A stretch of DNA of 64,000 nt from an uncultured Candidatus Saccharibacteria bacterium (GCA_964483035.1 CAYZZS010000004.1:10081-74080), one strand, 5' to 3'. Counted from the stretch's first letter, positions 41,979 through 51,313 are shown. Numbers and translations: made by a program. Notes: generated by a model not told the origin, from the sequence alone.

Positions 41979-42137
41979 GCGGTACCCGGGTTGCCGCAAT
42001 CCGCAAGGCAAGCTTCTATTTTAGGAAATTCCGTCCATTAAGCCTCGATAACTTCCACTTTTTATAGCTGCCTGCCAATTGTTGTTTTTATTGTGCTTGG
42101 GTATGATTAGGCTTAAGAATTATTACATAGGAGGGAT

Positions 42138-43808
42138 GTGCTCATGGATATCAAGCCAGCAGCTCGGCCGCCGAGACGGCCGGTACAGGCTCAAGAGGAG
42201 GCTGGTTCGCCGCCTTTACTGGATATTAATAACGCGGCTAATATGGCAGCTCCGTCTCCTGCTGCACCAAAAAAGTCTAAACGACCTCTGATAGTGATTA
42301 TCATCGGTTTGGTTTTGATTTTGGGTGCGCTTGGTGCGGCTTTTTGGCTTACCAATAAGGGTTCTTCCGGCTTTATTAAGGACGCTCGGCCGCATGCAGT
42401 GGCGCCGGTACTTGGTGGGGTGTCTGAATCGAAAACTATCGCAAAAGGCGGTGGTGAAATCAGCTTGTCTGATGAGGCTGTCTCGGCCAAGCTTTCAATT
42501 ATGGAGGACTCTGTAGTCAGTAGTACAGAGTTTACAGTGACGAGCCTCAGCGATGTGCAGAATCTGCCCGAAGGCATGGAGTTCCTGGGTGGCGTTCAGG
42601 TTGAGCCGGATGGTCAGACGCTGTTGAATGCCGGATGGCTGGCAATCGAGCTGCCGGACGGAGCTGATTCTTCCCGGCTGGCCGCCTTCCGCTACCATGG
42701 CCAAGGCGAAGAGTTCCATCTCTATCCGCTTGCTGTTGAGGATGGTGCTGCAAAGGTGCCGATCGCCGGCTTTAGCGGCTACGGTATTTTGCATTTGAAT
42801 GCAGACATTGCCAAAGCACCGGTGCCGACCGATATAGGCGACCAGGCGGCTGCGGCTATTGCTGCTGTCACGTCCAAGCATACGGCCGACGGTAGCTTGC
42901 CGGGCGAAGTCATGACACAAATAAAGGATATTCTAAAGACTTGGCACAGCAGCGAAGTCCTGCCGAACCTTAAGGATGCGGCCAAAGATGATACGAAGGC
43001 CAGGTCTGCTATCGGCGAATGGATACGGTGGCTGATATTTGTGCAGCTCTATGGACTTGACGAAGATTTTGCTGAGGAGGCTGCCGCGAGCGAACAAGCG
43101 ATCCGCGATAGTTTGGTGCATGCGGTAAATGTCGCTGAGCAGTCCTGCAGGGCTGACAGGGATGCTACGCAGATTGCTGCTATGTTCTATTGGCTGGGTG
43201 CTGCGCAGTTGCTTGGCATGGAGGATGCATTTGGCGGAAGCGACGCGATAGCAGCTAAGGCGGAGGCCTGCGGCAAATTCAAGCTGACATTGAAGTCCAC
43301 ACTTACCAATCCGGAGTTTGAATCGCAAGCCAGTGCAACCGGTGAAGGTACACTTGGTCTCGATATGCAGAGCCTCTCGCTTACCGGCAGCGGCAATATC
43401 ACAGAAGACAGCACTGTTACGCTGGTCGGCAAGAGTTGCACTACTTCCCAGACTCCCGAATTTACATTTACGATCTTACCTGTAGGTATTAGCCTGAATG
43501 CTAGCGGCATCAGCCTGGGTGCCGGTGCCGGCAGTAGCAGCTTGTCGTTGGGTATAGAGTTCGGTGATACGCCGTATATACACTATAAGTGTGACTACAT
43601 GAGTCTGGGGCAGCCGTTCCCGGAATGGATGAGCTTGTTTATGGAGGCTCATGAGGAGCGTGAAATCCCGGGTACTAGCGGCTATGGCTTTGCCATTAAC
43701 GACTGGGAGATAGTCAATCAGGACGGTGTGTTTGCCCGCAAGGCTTACCAGGGCCTGCATAACGGCGTCGAGGAAGATACGGTATTCGAGCTGCATCATC
43801 TGGAATAA
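42138..43808 (+). CDS. Membrane-anchored hypothetical protein
   Basis: 556 aa: a Pro-rich N-terminus, one TM segment, then a large extracytoplasmic region. Confidence 0.6.
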   Translation: MLMDIKPAARPPRRPVQAQEEAGSPPLLDINNAANMAAPSPAAPKKSKRPLIVIIIGLVLILGALGAAFWLTNKGSSGFIKDARPHAVAPVLGGVSESKTIAKGGGEISLSDEAVSAKLSIMEDSVVSSTEFTVTSLSDVQNLPEGMEFLGGVQVEPDGQTLLNAGWLAIELPDGADSSRLAAFRYHGQGEEFHLYPLAVEDGAAKVPIAGFSGYGILHLNADIAKAPVPTDIGDQAAAAIAAVTSKHTADGSLPGEVMTQIKDILKTWHSSEVLPNLKDAAKDDTKARSAIGEWIRWLIFVQLYGLDEDFAEEAAASEQAIRDSLVHAVNVAEQSCRADRDATQIAAMFYWLGAAQLLGMEDAFGGSDAIAAKAEACGKFKLTLKSTLTNPEFESQASATGEGTLGLDMQSLSLTGSGNITEDSTVTLVGKSCTTSQTPEFTFTILPVGISLNASGISLGAGAGSSSLSLGIEFGDTPYIHYKCDYMSLGQPFPEWMSLFMEAHEEREIPGTSGYGFAINDWEIVNQDGVFARKAYQGLHNGVEEDTVFELHHLE

Positions 43809-43828
43809 ACAATAAGCTTTGACTAAGA

Positions 43829-43855
43829 CAAAAAGCCCCTTTAGGGGCTTTTTGC
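43829..43855. terminator. Bidirectional intrinsic terminator between convergent genes
   Basis: Reads AAAAAGCCCCTTTAGGGGCTTTTT. Confidence 0.75.
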
Positions 43856-43878
43856 TTTGCGAGATGGCCTAGGTGGTA

Positions 43879-44154
43879 TTAGCGGCCTAAGTCGTACTGA
43901 ACCCGGACCAGTGTCCAGATGAGCTGCTCGGGATCGAACTTCAGCCGATACGTCGCCTGCCCGTCCGTCATATCGAACAGTCGCACCAGCCGCCTGCCCT
44001 TTTGGACAAGGTACTGCATGCCGGATTCCAGGAATGTCACCTCCTTATTGTCGTATTCGATGCGCTTCGGGAAGCTTTTAAACTGCTGGTTTCCCCGGAA
44101 GTACAAGGCGGTGACCGCAACCTCTTTGTTGATGATTGTCGTGTTCATATTCAA
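43879..44154 (-). CDS. Hypothetical protein
   Basis: 91-aa ORF. Confidence 0.5.
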   Translation of the reverse strand: MNMNTTIINKEVAVTALYFRGNQQFKSFPKRIEYDNKEVTFLESGMQYLVQKGRRLVRLFDMTDGQATYRLKFDPEQLIWTLVRVQYDLGR

Positions 44155-44547
44155 GTCCTCGTTTAGGGTTTATGAAACAAGGCTCACGGTCCGTATGGAT
44201 CCGTGGCTGACGGAATGTGAGGGTTAGAAAACTAGCCGGCGAGCATCTCTAGTCCGTCAATTAGAGGCTTAAGCCAGGTTAGTGTTGAATATGAAGGGCG
44301 GCAGTGACGCTTGTCCTTTCCGGCTCAGAAAAGAACGGTGTGTATGCTCCCTTGAGGTTCGCTTATGTAAGCTTACGCGTAGGAATCAGGTAGGTGCCTG
44401 AAGCACGCGTACTGCTAATGATTAGTATAGTCCTATATCAGTCGGCCGCTCAAGCCGCTAATCGTTGTGGTTTAGTAGCCGTTTTGTTATCAGGTCGGTG
44501 GAGCTTAACAGGTAGTGTTAGGGCATGGATCTGGGCTTGCTGCTGCA

Positions 44548-45171
44548 TTATGCGTCGCTACATCCGGCTGCTATGAGAGCTGTTTTGTAGTTGTCCTCAA
44601 TCTCCTGCAGCTTTTGCTCATGCAGGGCATTTTCGCGCTCAACGCCCTCTTTCTGCCCTTTGGGGTTGAATAGGCCCATGAGTAGTCTACGTAATCTATT
44701 CTGGGACTTTTCATGCCGGTTGTTTTCGTTCTCCAGCGCTTTAGTTTTTTGCTGTTCGGCAGCAGCTCGTTTCTCTTCATTGCATTTGGTCGCTCTAGGT
44801 GACGAGCTGTCCTCTGTGGCACTGATGTCGGCTGCGGCAGCTTCCGAAATTGTGGTTGATAGAGTGCTTTCCTTGTTGGTATCTGTGTCTATCGGTTGGA
44901 TATGGTCGCCCAGCACCGAGCTTTCCAGCTCTAGCTGTTTACGGGTTTTATTGGTAGATCGGTCTATTGGCTGGTCAGTTTGGCTGTCTGCTGCTTGTCG
45001 CCAGAAGTCCATTGTCGAGAAGGAGTTTGTAATGAGCAACATGGCACAAATAGATGTCGCTAGGAGGGGTGCAAGTATACTGAGGCCTCGCCAGCCTAGC
45101 TTGCTGCTGTCGGTCTCGCTGGATCTGGCCGCTTCGTCGTCGTCGGCTTCACTTTTTCTAAGTCGCAACAT
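44548..45171 (-). CDS. Membrane-anchored hypothetical protein
   Basis: 207 aa with one TM segment and a charged C-terminal region. Confidence 0.5.
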   Translation of the reverse strand: MLRLRKSEADDDEAARSSETDSSKLGWRGLSILAPLLATSICAMLLITNSFSTMDFWRQAADSQTDQPIDRSTNKTRKQLELESSVLGDHIQPIDTDTNKESTLSTTISEAAAADISATEDSSSPRATKCNEEKRAAAEQQKTKALENENNRHEKSQNRLRRLLMGLFNPKGQKEGVERENALHEQKLQEIEDNYKTALIAAGCSDA

Positions 45172-45215
45172 ACGAGAATTATTATAACGCTTTATGCAAG
45201 TCTAGTGCTGAGAGA

Positions 45216-45647
45216 TTATTTATGGTATGGATGATTGCTATTGATGGTGCTTGCCCGGTACAGCGCTTCCAGTAGCACGACCATGGCAAGATCGTGCGGG
45301 AACGTGAGCTCGGAGAGGCTAAGTTTGTGGTCTGCGGTGTTAATGACTTCCTCCGGCAGTCCCTCGGGGCCGCCGATAATAAAGCTTACCTCCCTGCCTT
45401 CCTGGCTTCTTTTTGCAAGAAAGCGGGCCAGCACTTCGCTTGACAGCTGTTTACCGGATACCTCTAAAACTACCCTGCAGCTGCCTTCGGATGCCTCCAG
45501 AATCTTTTTGGGGTCGTATGCGTATTTATCGGGGATCCGCGTAGTGCGGACAGTGTGAAGTCGGCTCAGGCGTGCATAGTATTCACTCCAGCCAGCCTTG
45601 GCATACTCGAGCTTCGGCTCCCCGACGGTTATAATATGGAGTTTCAT
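45216..45647 (-). CDS. rlmH: 23S rRNA (pseudouridine1915-N3)-methyltransferase RlmH
   Basis: SPOUT-type protein: MKLHIITVGEPK...FIIGGPEGL...SLSELTFPH. Confidence 0.85.
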   Translation of the reverse strand: MKLHIITVGEPKLEYAKAGWSEYYARLSRLHTVRTTRIPDKYAYDPKKILEASEGSCRVVLEVSGKQLSSEVLARFLAKRSQEGREVSFIIGGPEGLPEEVINTADHKLSLSELTFPHDLAMVVLLEALYRASTINSNHPYHK

Positions 45648-45915
45648 CTGGGTATGATGGCAATATTATACTCAAATCGCAAGCAGTACAATTTATCTTT
45701 CAGGAATTTAAGAATAACTTTTTGGTACCTGGTAGCATTTCGCTTTGGCGGCCATAGGTCAGTGCGAGATGGGCGTTTCAGTTCCTAAGCCTATTTAGGC
45801 CACGCAAATAAGCTTGGGAGCTGCCAGGGGTAAGAGAAAGAAAAAGAATGTTGCGAGAGCAAAATTGCACTCAAGCTTGCTCTTCGTCTTCTCTACCCCT
45901 GGTGGCAGCTCTCTG

Positions 45916-46311
45916 TCAGCGGCCTCGGCTGTCCATCTCCGTTATGACGTTGTCAGCCCAGTCAAAGTCTGGACGATCTTCCGCCGGGTCTTGGTACCCT
46001 TCGAGCTCGGAATCCTCAAATTCCGGCAAGTAGTCCCGCTCCTGAAGGCGCACGCAGATGGCACCGTAACGGTTGGGAATGTTGTCGTAGCTGAGCGGCT
46101 CGCGAAGGCGCGGGTCATCGCACTCATGCCACTGGCCATCATCGCCGAGCTTCTCGAAGAGGTGGGTGATGGACTTGGTGCTTGTGAGTTCGTCGTAGCC
46201 TTCAAGTCGCGGGTATAGCGACTCGAGATTCGACAGGTTGGCACCTTGCCAGATGACCTGCTCGGACGTCTGGTCGGTGTTGCTGTGGGTGATGCGGCTC
46301 ACTCGGTACAT
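45916..46311 (-). CDS. Acidic hypothetical protein
   Basis: 131-aa ORF. Confidence 0.5.
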   Translation of the reverse strand: MYRVSRITHSNTDQTSEQVIWQGANLSNLESLYPRLEGYDELTSTKSITHLFEKLGDDGQWHECDDPRLREPLSYDNIPNRYGAICVRLQERDYLPEFEDSELEGYQDPAEDRPDFDWADNVITEMDSRGR

Positions 46312-46489
46312 TGCTACTCCTTACCTTGATGCGAGTACGATGAGGTTTGCTATTAACGATGCCAGGCCGACGCCTGCAAGGATGGCTCCGAGACCGGGCC
46401 TGTCATTCGACAGAATCCGTCGGCTACCTCTGTAGACTAGCTATATGGCGAGTAGTGCATATATCCATTCCATCATATTGCTCCTGACG

Positions 46490-46729
46490 CTACGCTGCGT
46501 CGAGGAGGTTGGTTTCCCGGTACGGGAGGTCCTTCGGTTCGTCCCCGTCAGGGTCATCATCGTCTGCCTCGGACATGTTCAGGCCGAGAACGTAAACGGT
46601 GATGCAGATGAGGGCGCTAGGCAGGATAAAATACGGTGCCAATCCGGTTTCCGGGAAGGCAATCCGGATAATTGCTCCTACCACCAAGAGGCAGGGACCG
46701 ATGATCTTTAGGACATTCCTTAGCTTCAT
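46490..46729 (-). CDS. Small membrane protein
   Basis: 79 aa with two hydrophobic segments and an acidic tail. Confidence 0.45.
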   Translation of the reverse strand: MKLRNVLKIIGPCLLVVGAIIRIAFPETGLAPYFILPSALICITVYVLGLNMSEADDDDPDGDEPKDLPYRETNLLDAA

Positions 46730-46908
46730 TGCTGTTCCTTTCTGTGACTGGAAATCAACACATTGTTTGCAATGTATTCATTCCCAATCACAGAAGCGTA
46801 ATGGGTATGACAGAGAGCTTTTAAGGTGCTTTGGAGCAATAAAAATGCTCGACAAAACTGTATAATTATAGCATAAGCAAGTAAAAAAGTCAATAATGTG
46901 CTCCTTGG

Positions 46909-48198
46909 TCAGGGCTTTATGCGCAACAGAGGTAGCTCCTTCCAATTAGATACATAGCGGGGGCTGCGGGCCTGGCGCTTGGGCTGCCAGGCGGTGCCGA
47001 GATTCTCGGACGCGTAGTAGACGCGGCGTTTGCCAAAGCGTGTATTGATAGTATCAATTGCACGCATCATGGATTGCGACTGGTCGTGTCGGAGGGGGTC
47101 TACGGCGCCGAGCAGATCAGTTTGAAGACGATCGGCAGGTAAGAAGTCTTCTAGCCAGACACCCGCCCGGTGGTAGTATTTGCCGGGAATAAAAAGATCC
47201 ATGAGCAGGTCGACACAGGTAGTAATGATGGTTCCGGTGTCTGCTGTTGGGGCTGGCAGGACCGTGTGCTTGCTTTGTATCGCGTAGCCCGGCTTGTGCT
47301 TATTGGTGGCGATAAATACGCCGACTGTCCGAGTCAGCTGTCCGGAGCGTCGCAGGCGAAAAGCTGCGGTCGTAGCAAAGCTGGTGATGGCCGCTTCGAG
47401 TACATAGAAATCGCCGGTATCCTCGCCGAAGGTCCGGGTGCGGGCTATGCTTTTAGGCAGGGCTCCTTCCCGCTCAAGCGGCAGGCAGCTGGTGCCGTTT
47501 AGCTCGGTGACTAGTTGCCTGCCGCGGATGCCCATGAGCTGTTGGGCGTATTGCGGCCTGAGGCGGCTGACGTCCAGGGCGGTAGCTATGCCAAGGGCTC
47601 GGAGTTTGGGGGCGTATCGCCAGCCGATTCCCCATACGTCTTCAAGCGGTGTTGTCTGCAGATATGCTTCTTGTTGAGCGGTTGTGGTGTGCATGAATGA
47701 AAGCGCGCCGTCGCTGCGGGGCTGCTTTTTGGCCTGGGCTGCAGCTAGCTTAGCGAGTGTTTTAGTGGGCGCAATACCAACCGAGACCGGAATGCCTACT
47801 TCTCGCCAGATACGCGCTCTTAGTGCCCTGCCCCAGGCGGCGTAGTCGGTGATGTTCAGCTCGCTGAGATCTAAAAACGATTCGTCCACGGAATAAATCT
47901 CTATTCGGGGAGTGCTGCGCGTTAAGATCTCGACGATGCGGCGAGAGATATCGCCGTAGAGCTCGAAGTTCCCGGAAAACAGTACCACCTTGTTTCTCTT
48001 AAAAATATGCTGATACTTGAAGGCTGGCGCGCCCATGGGGATGCCGAGTGCTTTAGCCTCATTGCTGCGGGCCACCGCGCAGCCGTCATTACTGCTGAGT
48101 ACCACGACGGGCTTGCCTTCCAGGTCCGGCCTGAACAGCCTTTCGCAGCTGACGAAGAAGTTATTGCAGTCAATCAGCGCGAACACCGGCCGGCTCAT
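46909..48198 (-). CDS. umuC: Y-family DNA polymerase (UmuC/DinB-like)
   Basis: I moved the start to MSRPVFALIDCNNFFVSCERLFRPDL at 48198, which overlaps the upstream stop as ATGA. Confidence 0.85.
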   Translation of the reverse strand: MSRPVFALIDCNNFFVSCERLFRPDLEGKPVVVLSSNDGCAVARSNEAKALGIPMGAPAFKYQHIFKRNKVVLFSGNFELYGDISRRIVEILTRSTPRIEIYSVDESFLDLSELNITDYAAWGRALRARIWREVGIPVSVGIAPTKTLAKLAAAQAKKQPRSDGALSFMHTTTAQQEAYLQTTPLEDVWGIGWRYAPKLRALGIATALDVSRLRPQYAQQLMGIRGRQLVTELNGTSCLPLEREGALPKSIARTRTFGEDTGDFYVLEAAITSFATTAAFRLRRSGQLTRTVGVFIATNKHKPGYAIQSKHTVLPAPTADTGTIITTCVDLLMDLFIPGKYYHRAGVWLEDFLPADRLQTDLLGAVDPLRHDQSQSMMRAIDTINTRFGKRRVYYASENLGTAWQPKRQARSPRYVSNWKELPLLRIKP

Positions 48199-48533
48199 GA
48201 CTTGCTCCGGTAGCGGTGGATGACCGCGGTGACGACGCCCCATATCTCTGCCTGAGGCGCCATCTTTGATGGGAGAGATACGGCGAATGTACCGCCCTCC
48301 CACCACGCCACCAGGTCGGTTTTACGGGGCGTTAGGGCGCGGTCCACGATGGCGATATCGCCGCTGTATATCCCGGCACCGTTCCATTCGTCGCCTTCAA
48401 TGCGCATCAGGAAAGTACTGGCGCTGTTTCGGACAAGCAGCTGATTGAGATCCAGGAAGCGCGCCTTGCCGTCCGCTGCCGGGTTGGGAAAACCCCGGTG
48501 AATGGATACGCCGGTAGTATTCATGTCTTTCAT
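48195..48533 (-). CDS. UmuD-like S24-fold protein lacking the Ser/Lys catalytic dyad
   Basis: I moved the start to the ATG at 48533 (SD AAGGAG). GFPNPAAD...LDLNQLLV...GDIAIVD aligns with E. coli UmuD from memory, but GDSM is replaced by GDEW and the Lys position by Ser-Leu. Confidence 0.7.
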   Translation of the reverse strand: MKDMNTTGVSIHRGFPNPAADGKARFLDLNQLLVRNSASTFLMRIEGDEWNGAGIYSGDIAIVDRALTPRKTDLVAWWEGGTFAVSLPSKMAPQAEIWGVVTAVIHRYRSKS

Positions 48534-48606
48534 AGTGAGCTCCTTCACAGACAAATTGTTCAATGAGATTTATAGATGTTTAATGAATGTATGGAGGATG
48601 TGGATG

Positions 48607-49281
48607 ATGTGCGGACGATATACGCTATACGAGACGGAGGATTTGGGTGAACGGTTCAAGCTTGCTGCCCGGCCGCAGTTTGTCTCTCAGGACAATTACA
48701 ACGTCGCGCCGAGGCAACGGTTGCCAATCGTATACCAGGAGGACGAGAATCGGGTGGCCGAGCTGATGCAATGGGGCTTTATCCCCTTTTGGGCCAAGGA
48801 TCCATCCAAGGAGAGGCGGCCGATTAACACGCGGGCTGAATCTGCGTTTACCAGCCCCATGTGGCGCGAAGCGGCCAAATCGCACCGGGCATTAGTGCCG
48901 GCGCGGGGCTTCTATGAGTGGCGAAAAGCAGCTGATAATCGTAAGGTGCCGTATTTCATCCGTCCAAAAGACCAGGAACTGTTTGCGTTCGCCGGACTCT
49001 ATAGCGTATGGAATGATGTCGAGGGACATCCCCTCTATACGTTCTCGATCATAACGACTCGGGCGAATAAGGATATGGAGCCGATCCATGACCGTATGCC
49101 AGTGATACTTTCGCCGGAGCAGGAAGCGCTCTGGCTGGATCCTGCGCACCGCGACCAAGCGCTACTGGCAGAGCTGCTTGAACCGTACGAGGACGATAGA
49201 CTTACGATTATAGAAGTGAGCAAGGATGTAAATTCACCGCGCAACAATGACAAACACCTCATTGAAGCGGTAGACGAATAA
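48607..49281 (+). CDS. yedK: SOS-response-associated peptidase (SRAP/YedK-like abasic-site sensor)
   Basis: I moved the start so that the N-terminus is MCGRYTL (Cys2). ...PINTRAES... follows. Confidence 0.85.
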   Translation: MCGRYTLYETEDLGERFKLAARPQFVSQDNYNVAPRQRLPIVYQEDENRVAELMQWGFIPFWAKDPSKERRPINTRAESAFTSPMWREAAKSHRALVPARGFYEWRKAADNRKVPYFIRPKDQELFAFAGLYSVWNDVEGHPLYTFSIITTRANKDMEPIHDRMPVILSPEQEALWLDPAHRDQALLAELLEPYEDDRLTIIEVSKDVNSPRNNDKHLIEAVDE

Positions 49282-49539
49282 AGGACCCTGACCACTGGTG
49301 TTAATAAGCCTGTAGGTAGAAATCCGGGTTTTGACCTGGAAGTACCTGCATTGCTAATTGTTAGTATAGGATATTTTTTCTAAATAAACGTATTAGAATG
49401 TTCACTTTCGTATCGGCATCTTCTTTTGCTGATTTTGTGTGTCGAAAAAACGATCTTCTTTCTGCGCTATAAGATGTATACTAAGCCATTATCCCACTTC
49501 TCTGCCACCTTTTGTGGCGATAAAAGGATGGCGCCAAAA

Positions 49540-49970
49540 ACGCCAGGCGACGATCAAACTTCTACTCGCCCCAGCCCTGCCGAAGCCGCGCCGTCACAGT
49601 GCAAGCATCTCCGCTATTCCCTTATTACTTCGGCGGAGCAAGTGACGGCTTGATTCGGCTCCGGTAGGGCTGGGGCGAATCGGTTTGATCGAGCCTGAGG
49701 CACAATGGCAATCCCGCTAGAGCGGGATTATTTTTCGTCCCGCCTCAGCGGGGCATTGCAGGAGTCAGGCTCAGGTAAACCGGCGCAAGTCCGTCTGACT
49801 GCCACCCGAGTCATTGGCTGCTGCCAAGTCCTGTTTAAGTAGTCGAAGAACCAAACAGGACCGACCGAAGGGAGTCCAGCAGCCACGGGTGGAAGTGGCG
49901 GTGCTTGCCGCAGAGTTTAGCTGCCGCCTGTTGCTTTTGGCGTCACCTTTTTGCCAACGCAAAAGGTGAC
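49540..49970 (+). ncRNA. Unidentified, densely structured non-coding locus (one or two RNAs); strand tentative
   Basis: A 139-nt irregular hairpin spans 49552-49690, including a 12-bp perfect core (49567-49578 with 49666-49677). A terminator-like hairpin lies at 49710-49735. Further nested helices: GAGCCTGA/TCAGGCTC, CCACCCG/CGGGTGG, GGCTGCTG/CAGCAGCC, CCTGTTT/AAACAGG. Confidence 0.5.
49710..49735 (+). terminator. Intrinsic terminator-like hairpin inside the non-coding locus
   Basis: Reads AATCCCGC-TAGA-GCGGGATT-ATTTTT. Confidence 0.55.
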
Positions 49971-49999
49971 AAAAGAAAGACTTATTAATTCAATTTTGG

Positions 50000-51313
50000 C
50001 TATTGATAGGTAACCTTGCTGGCAGCATCGATAACCGTTACCCAGGCCTGGCCTGGATTAAGCTTAATGACGTTGCCGTCCAGATCCTTGAAGGTGAACT
50101 GACTCTTGCGATTAGGCTTGTGCCACTTGCCCTCTTTCATGACACCGTCCTGAAATATGAAGACGGTGTTGCTGCCAGTCGTCTCATAGGTGGTGTGCAG
50201 ACGGTCAGCCGCCAGGCCTTTGGTGCTTACAAGGGCTATGACAACTTTCGGCGAAATCTGGTCACCAGAACGCTCGTCGGTGTGCGGCCGGCCGGCCATG
50301 ATGCGCTTATAGGAGTTGGATTCGGCATTATACTCAAATCTGACATTGTAATTAGCGCTGGAGATATCCAGGCCGATATTTTTGGCATTCGGAGTTTCAC
50401 TGGCTTTTTCTTCTTTTCGCTCCCACGGGGTGAAGTTGCTGCCGGTATAGCCCTTGGAGAGTGCGACGTCGCGGAGCGCTGGAATGCCGGAGTACATGTT
50501 ATGCGGCGCGAAGCGGCTGGAGACACGGTGATAAGCACCGCTGTGATGGAATTGATCAAGGTCGCGCACGCCAAGGGAGCCGATTTCGGACAGTGCTTCT
50601 GGGCTGCCGCCGACATGGGCGTATGCGGCGTCAAAAGCCAGCGTCCAGTCCAGGTAGTATGGGCGAGCACTCCGGATAGGTCCGATGTAGTCTGGTTCAG
50701 TGTCCTGGAAGAGGGCGAGGAATCTGGTAATACCGCCTTCGGCCACAGCTTCGAAGACTACGCCTGCGTCCTTAAGTCCGGCCTGTGGCCGGGCATCAGG
50801 GCTGTTCTCTATCATGACGCCGATGATCGGGCGCTTGGCAATTTCTGGATCGACCTGTAAGCCGGTAAGCGGTGATGCGACAGTGGTGGGCTCTTCCTTT
50901 TTCTCATGCGGTGCGAAATAGGTTTCCGGGGGCGGTGGCGCAAAGCTAACTTTTTTATACAGCGCGAATGCACCGGCGCCGGTTATTCCAAGCACCGCGA
51001 TCAGGGCGGCGATAAACAGTGCCCACTGTTTTTTCGAGAAGTTTTTTGGAAGAAAATCTACCCGCTTAAACAGTTTGTCCTTGAACGATGTTTTTGTATC
51101 GTTTGGTGTTGGCTCGTCTTTAACTTGCGGCTCTACTGCCGCTGGCTTGTTTTCTTGCTTTGGGGCGACAGCGGGAGTCCGCTGAGGAAGCGGCAGCTCA
51201 CGGGGGGTAAGGCTGTCGTCCAGTTGTTCGGGCTTCGGCTGTGGCCTGACCCGCTGCACCGGATCAATAAAGGCGCGTCGTGGGCGCGGCTTAAAGTCGT
51301 CTTTCATACGCAA
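50000..51313 (-). CDS. DUF3048-like secreted/membrane-anchored protein
   Basis: A Pro/Lys-rich N-terminus, one TM segment, then ...VFEAVAEGGITRFLALF..., as I recall for DUF3048. Confidence 0.55.
   Translation of the reverse strand: MRMKDDFKPRPRRAFIDPVQRVRPQPKPEQLDDSLTPRELPLPQRTPAVAPKQENKPAAVEPQVKDEPTPNDTKTSFKDKLFKRVDFLPKNFSKKQWALFIAALIAVLGITGAGAFALYKKVSFAPPPPETYFAPHEKKEEPTTVASPLTGLQVDPEIAKRPIIGVMIENSPDARPQAGLKDAGVVFEAVAEGGITRFLALFQDTEPDYIGPIRSARPYYLDWTLAFDAAYAHVGGSPEALSEIGSLGVRDLDQFHHSGAYHRVSSRFAPHNMYSGIPALRDVALSKGYTGSNFTPWERKEEKASETPNAKNIGLDISSANYNVRFEYNAESNSYKRIMAGRPHTDERSGDQISPKVVIALVSTKGLAADRLHTTYETTGSNTVFIFQDGVMKEGKWHKPNRKSQFTFKDLDGNVIKLNPGQAWVTVIDAASKVTYQ

Larger units (their letters stand above)
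37298..41980. mobile_element. AT-rich integrative island next to tRNA-Glu (serine recombinase plus cargo); right boundary uncertain
   Basis: The base composition is visibly more AT-rich than the flanks. The recombinase abuts the tRNA. Cargo comprises small HTH proteins, a cupin, a DMT transporter and a hypothetical gene. Confidence 0.55.

Noticed and set aside
41976-41995. A 14-nt inverted near-match (13/14) between GGTACCCGGGTTGCCGC and the tRNA-Glu variable/T-stem region, as a possible second att half-site.
   Set aside because: It is too short and is GC-rich palindrome-like sequence, so a chance match is plausible. Serine-integrase att sites share only a core dinucleotide, so this cannot define the island end.
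49770-49885. RNase P RNA-like strings (GGTAAACCGGCGCAAG resembling the GGUAAAC...GCAAG region, and GAAGGGAGTCCAGC resembling the GAGGAAAGUCC P4 strand).
   Set aside because: They occur in the wrong order for RNase P RNA. The ACAGAA/ACAGAACCC 3' P4 strand is absent. A full RNase P would run into the CDS at 50000. I left the locus unidentified.
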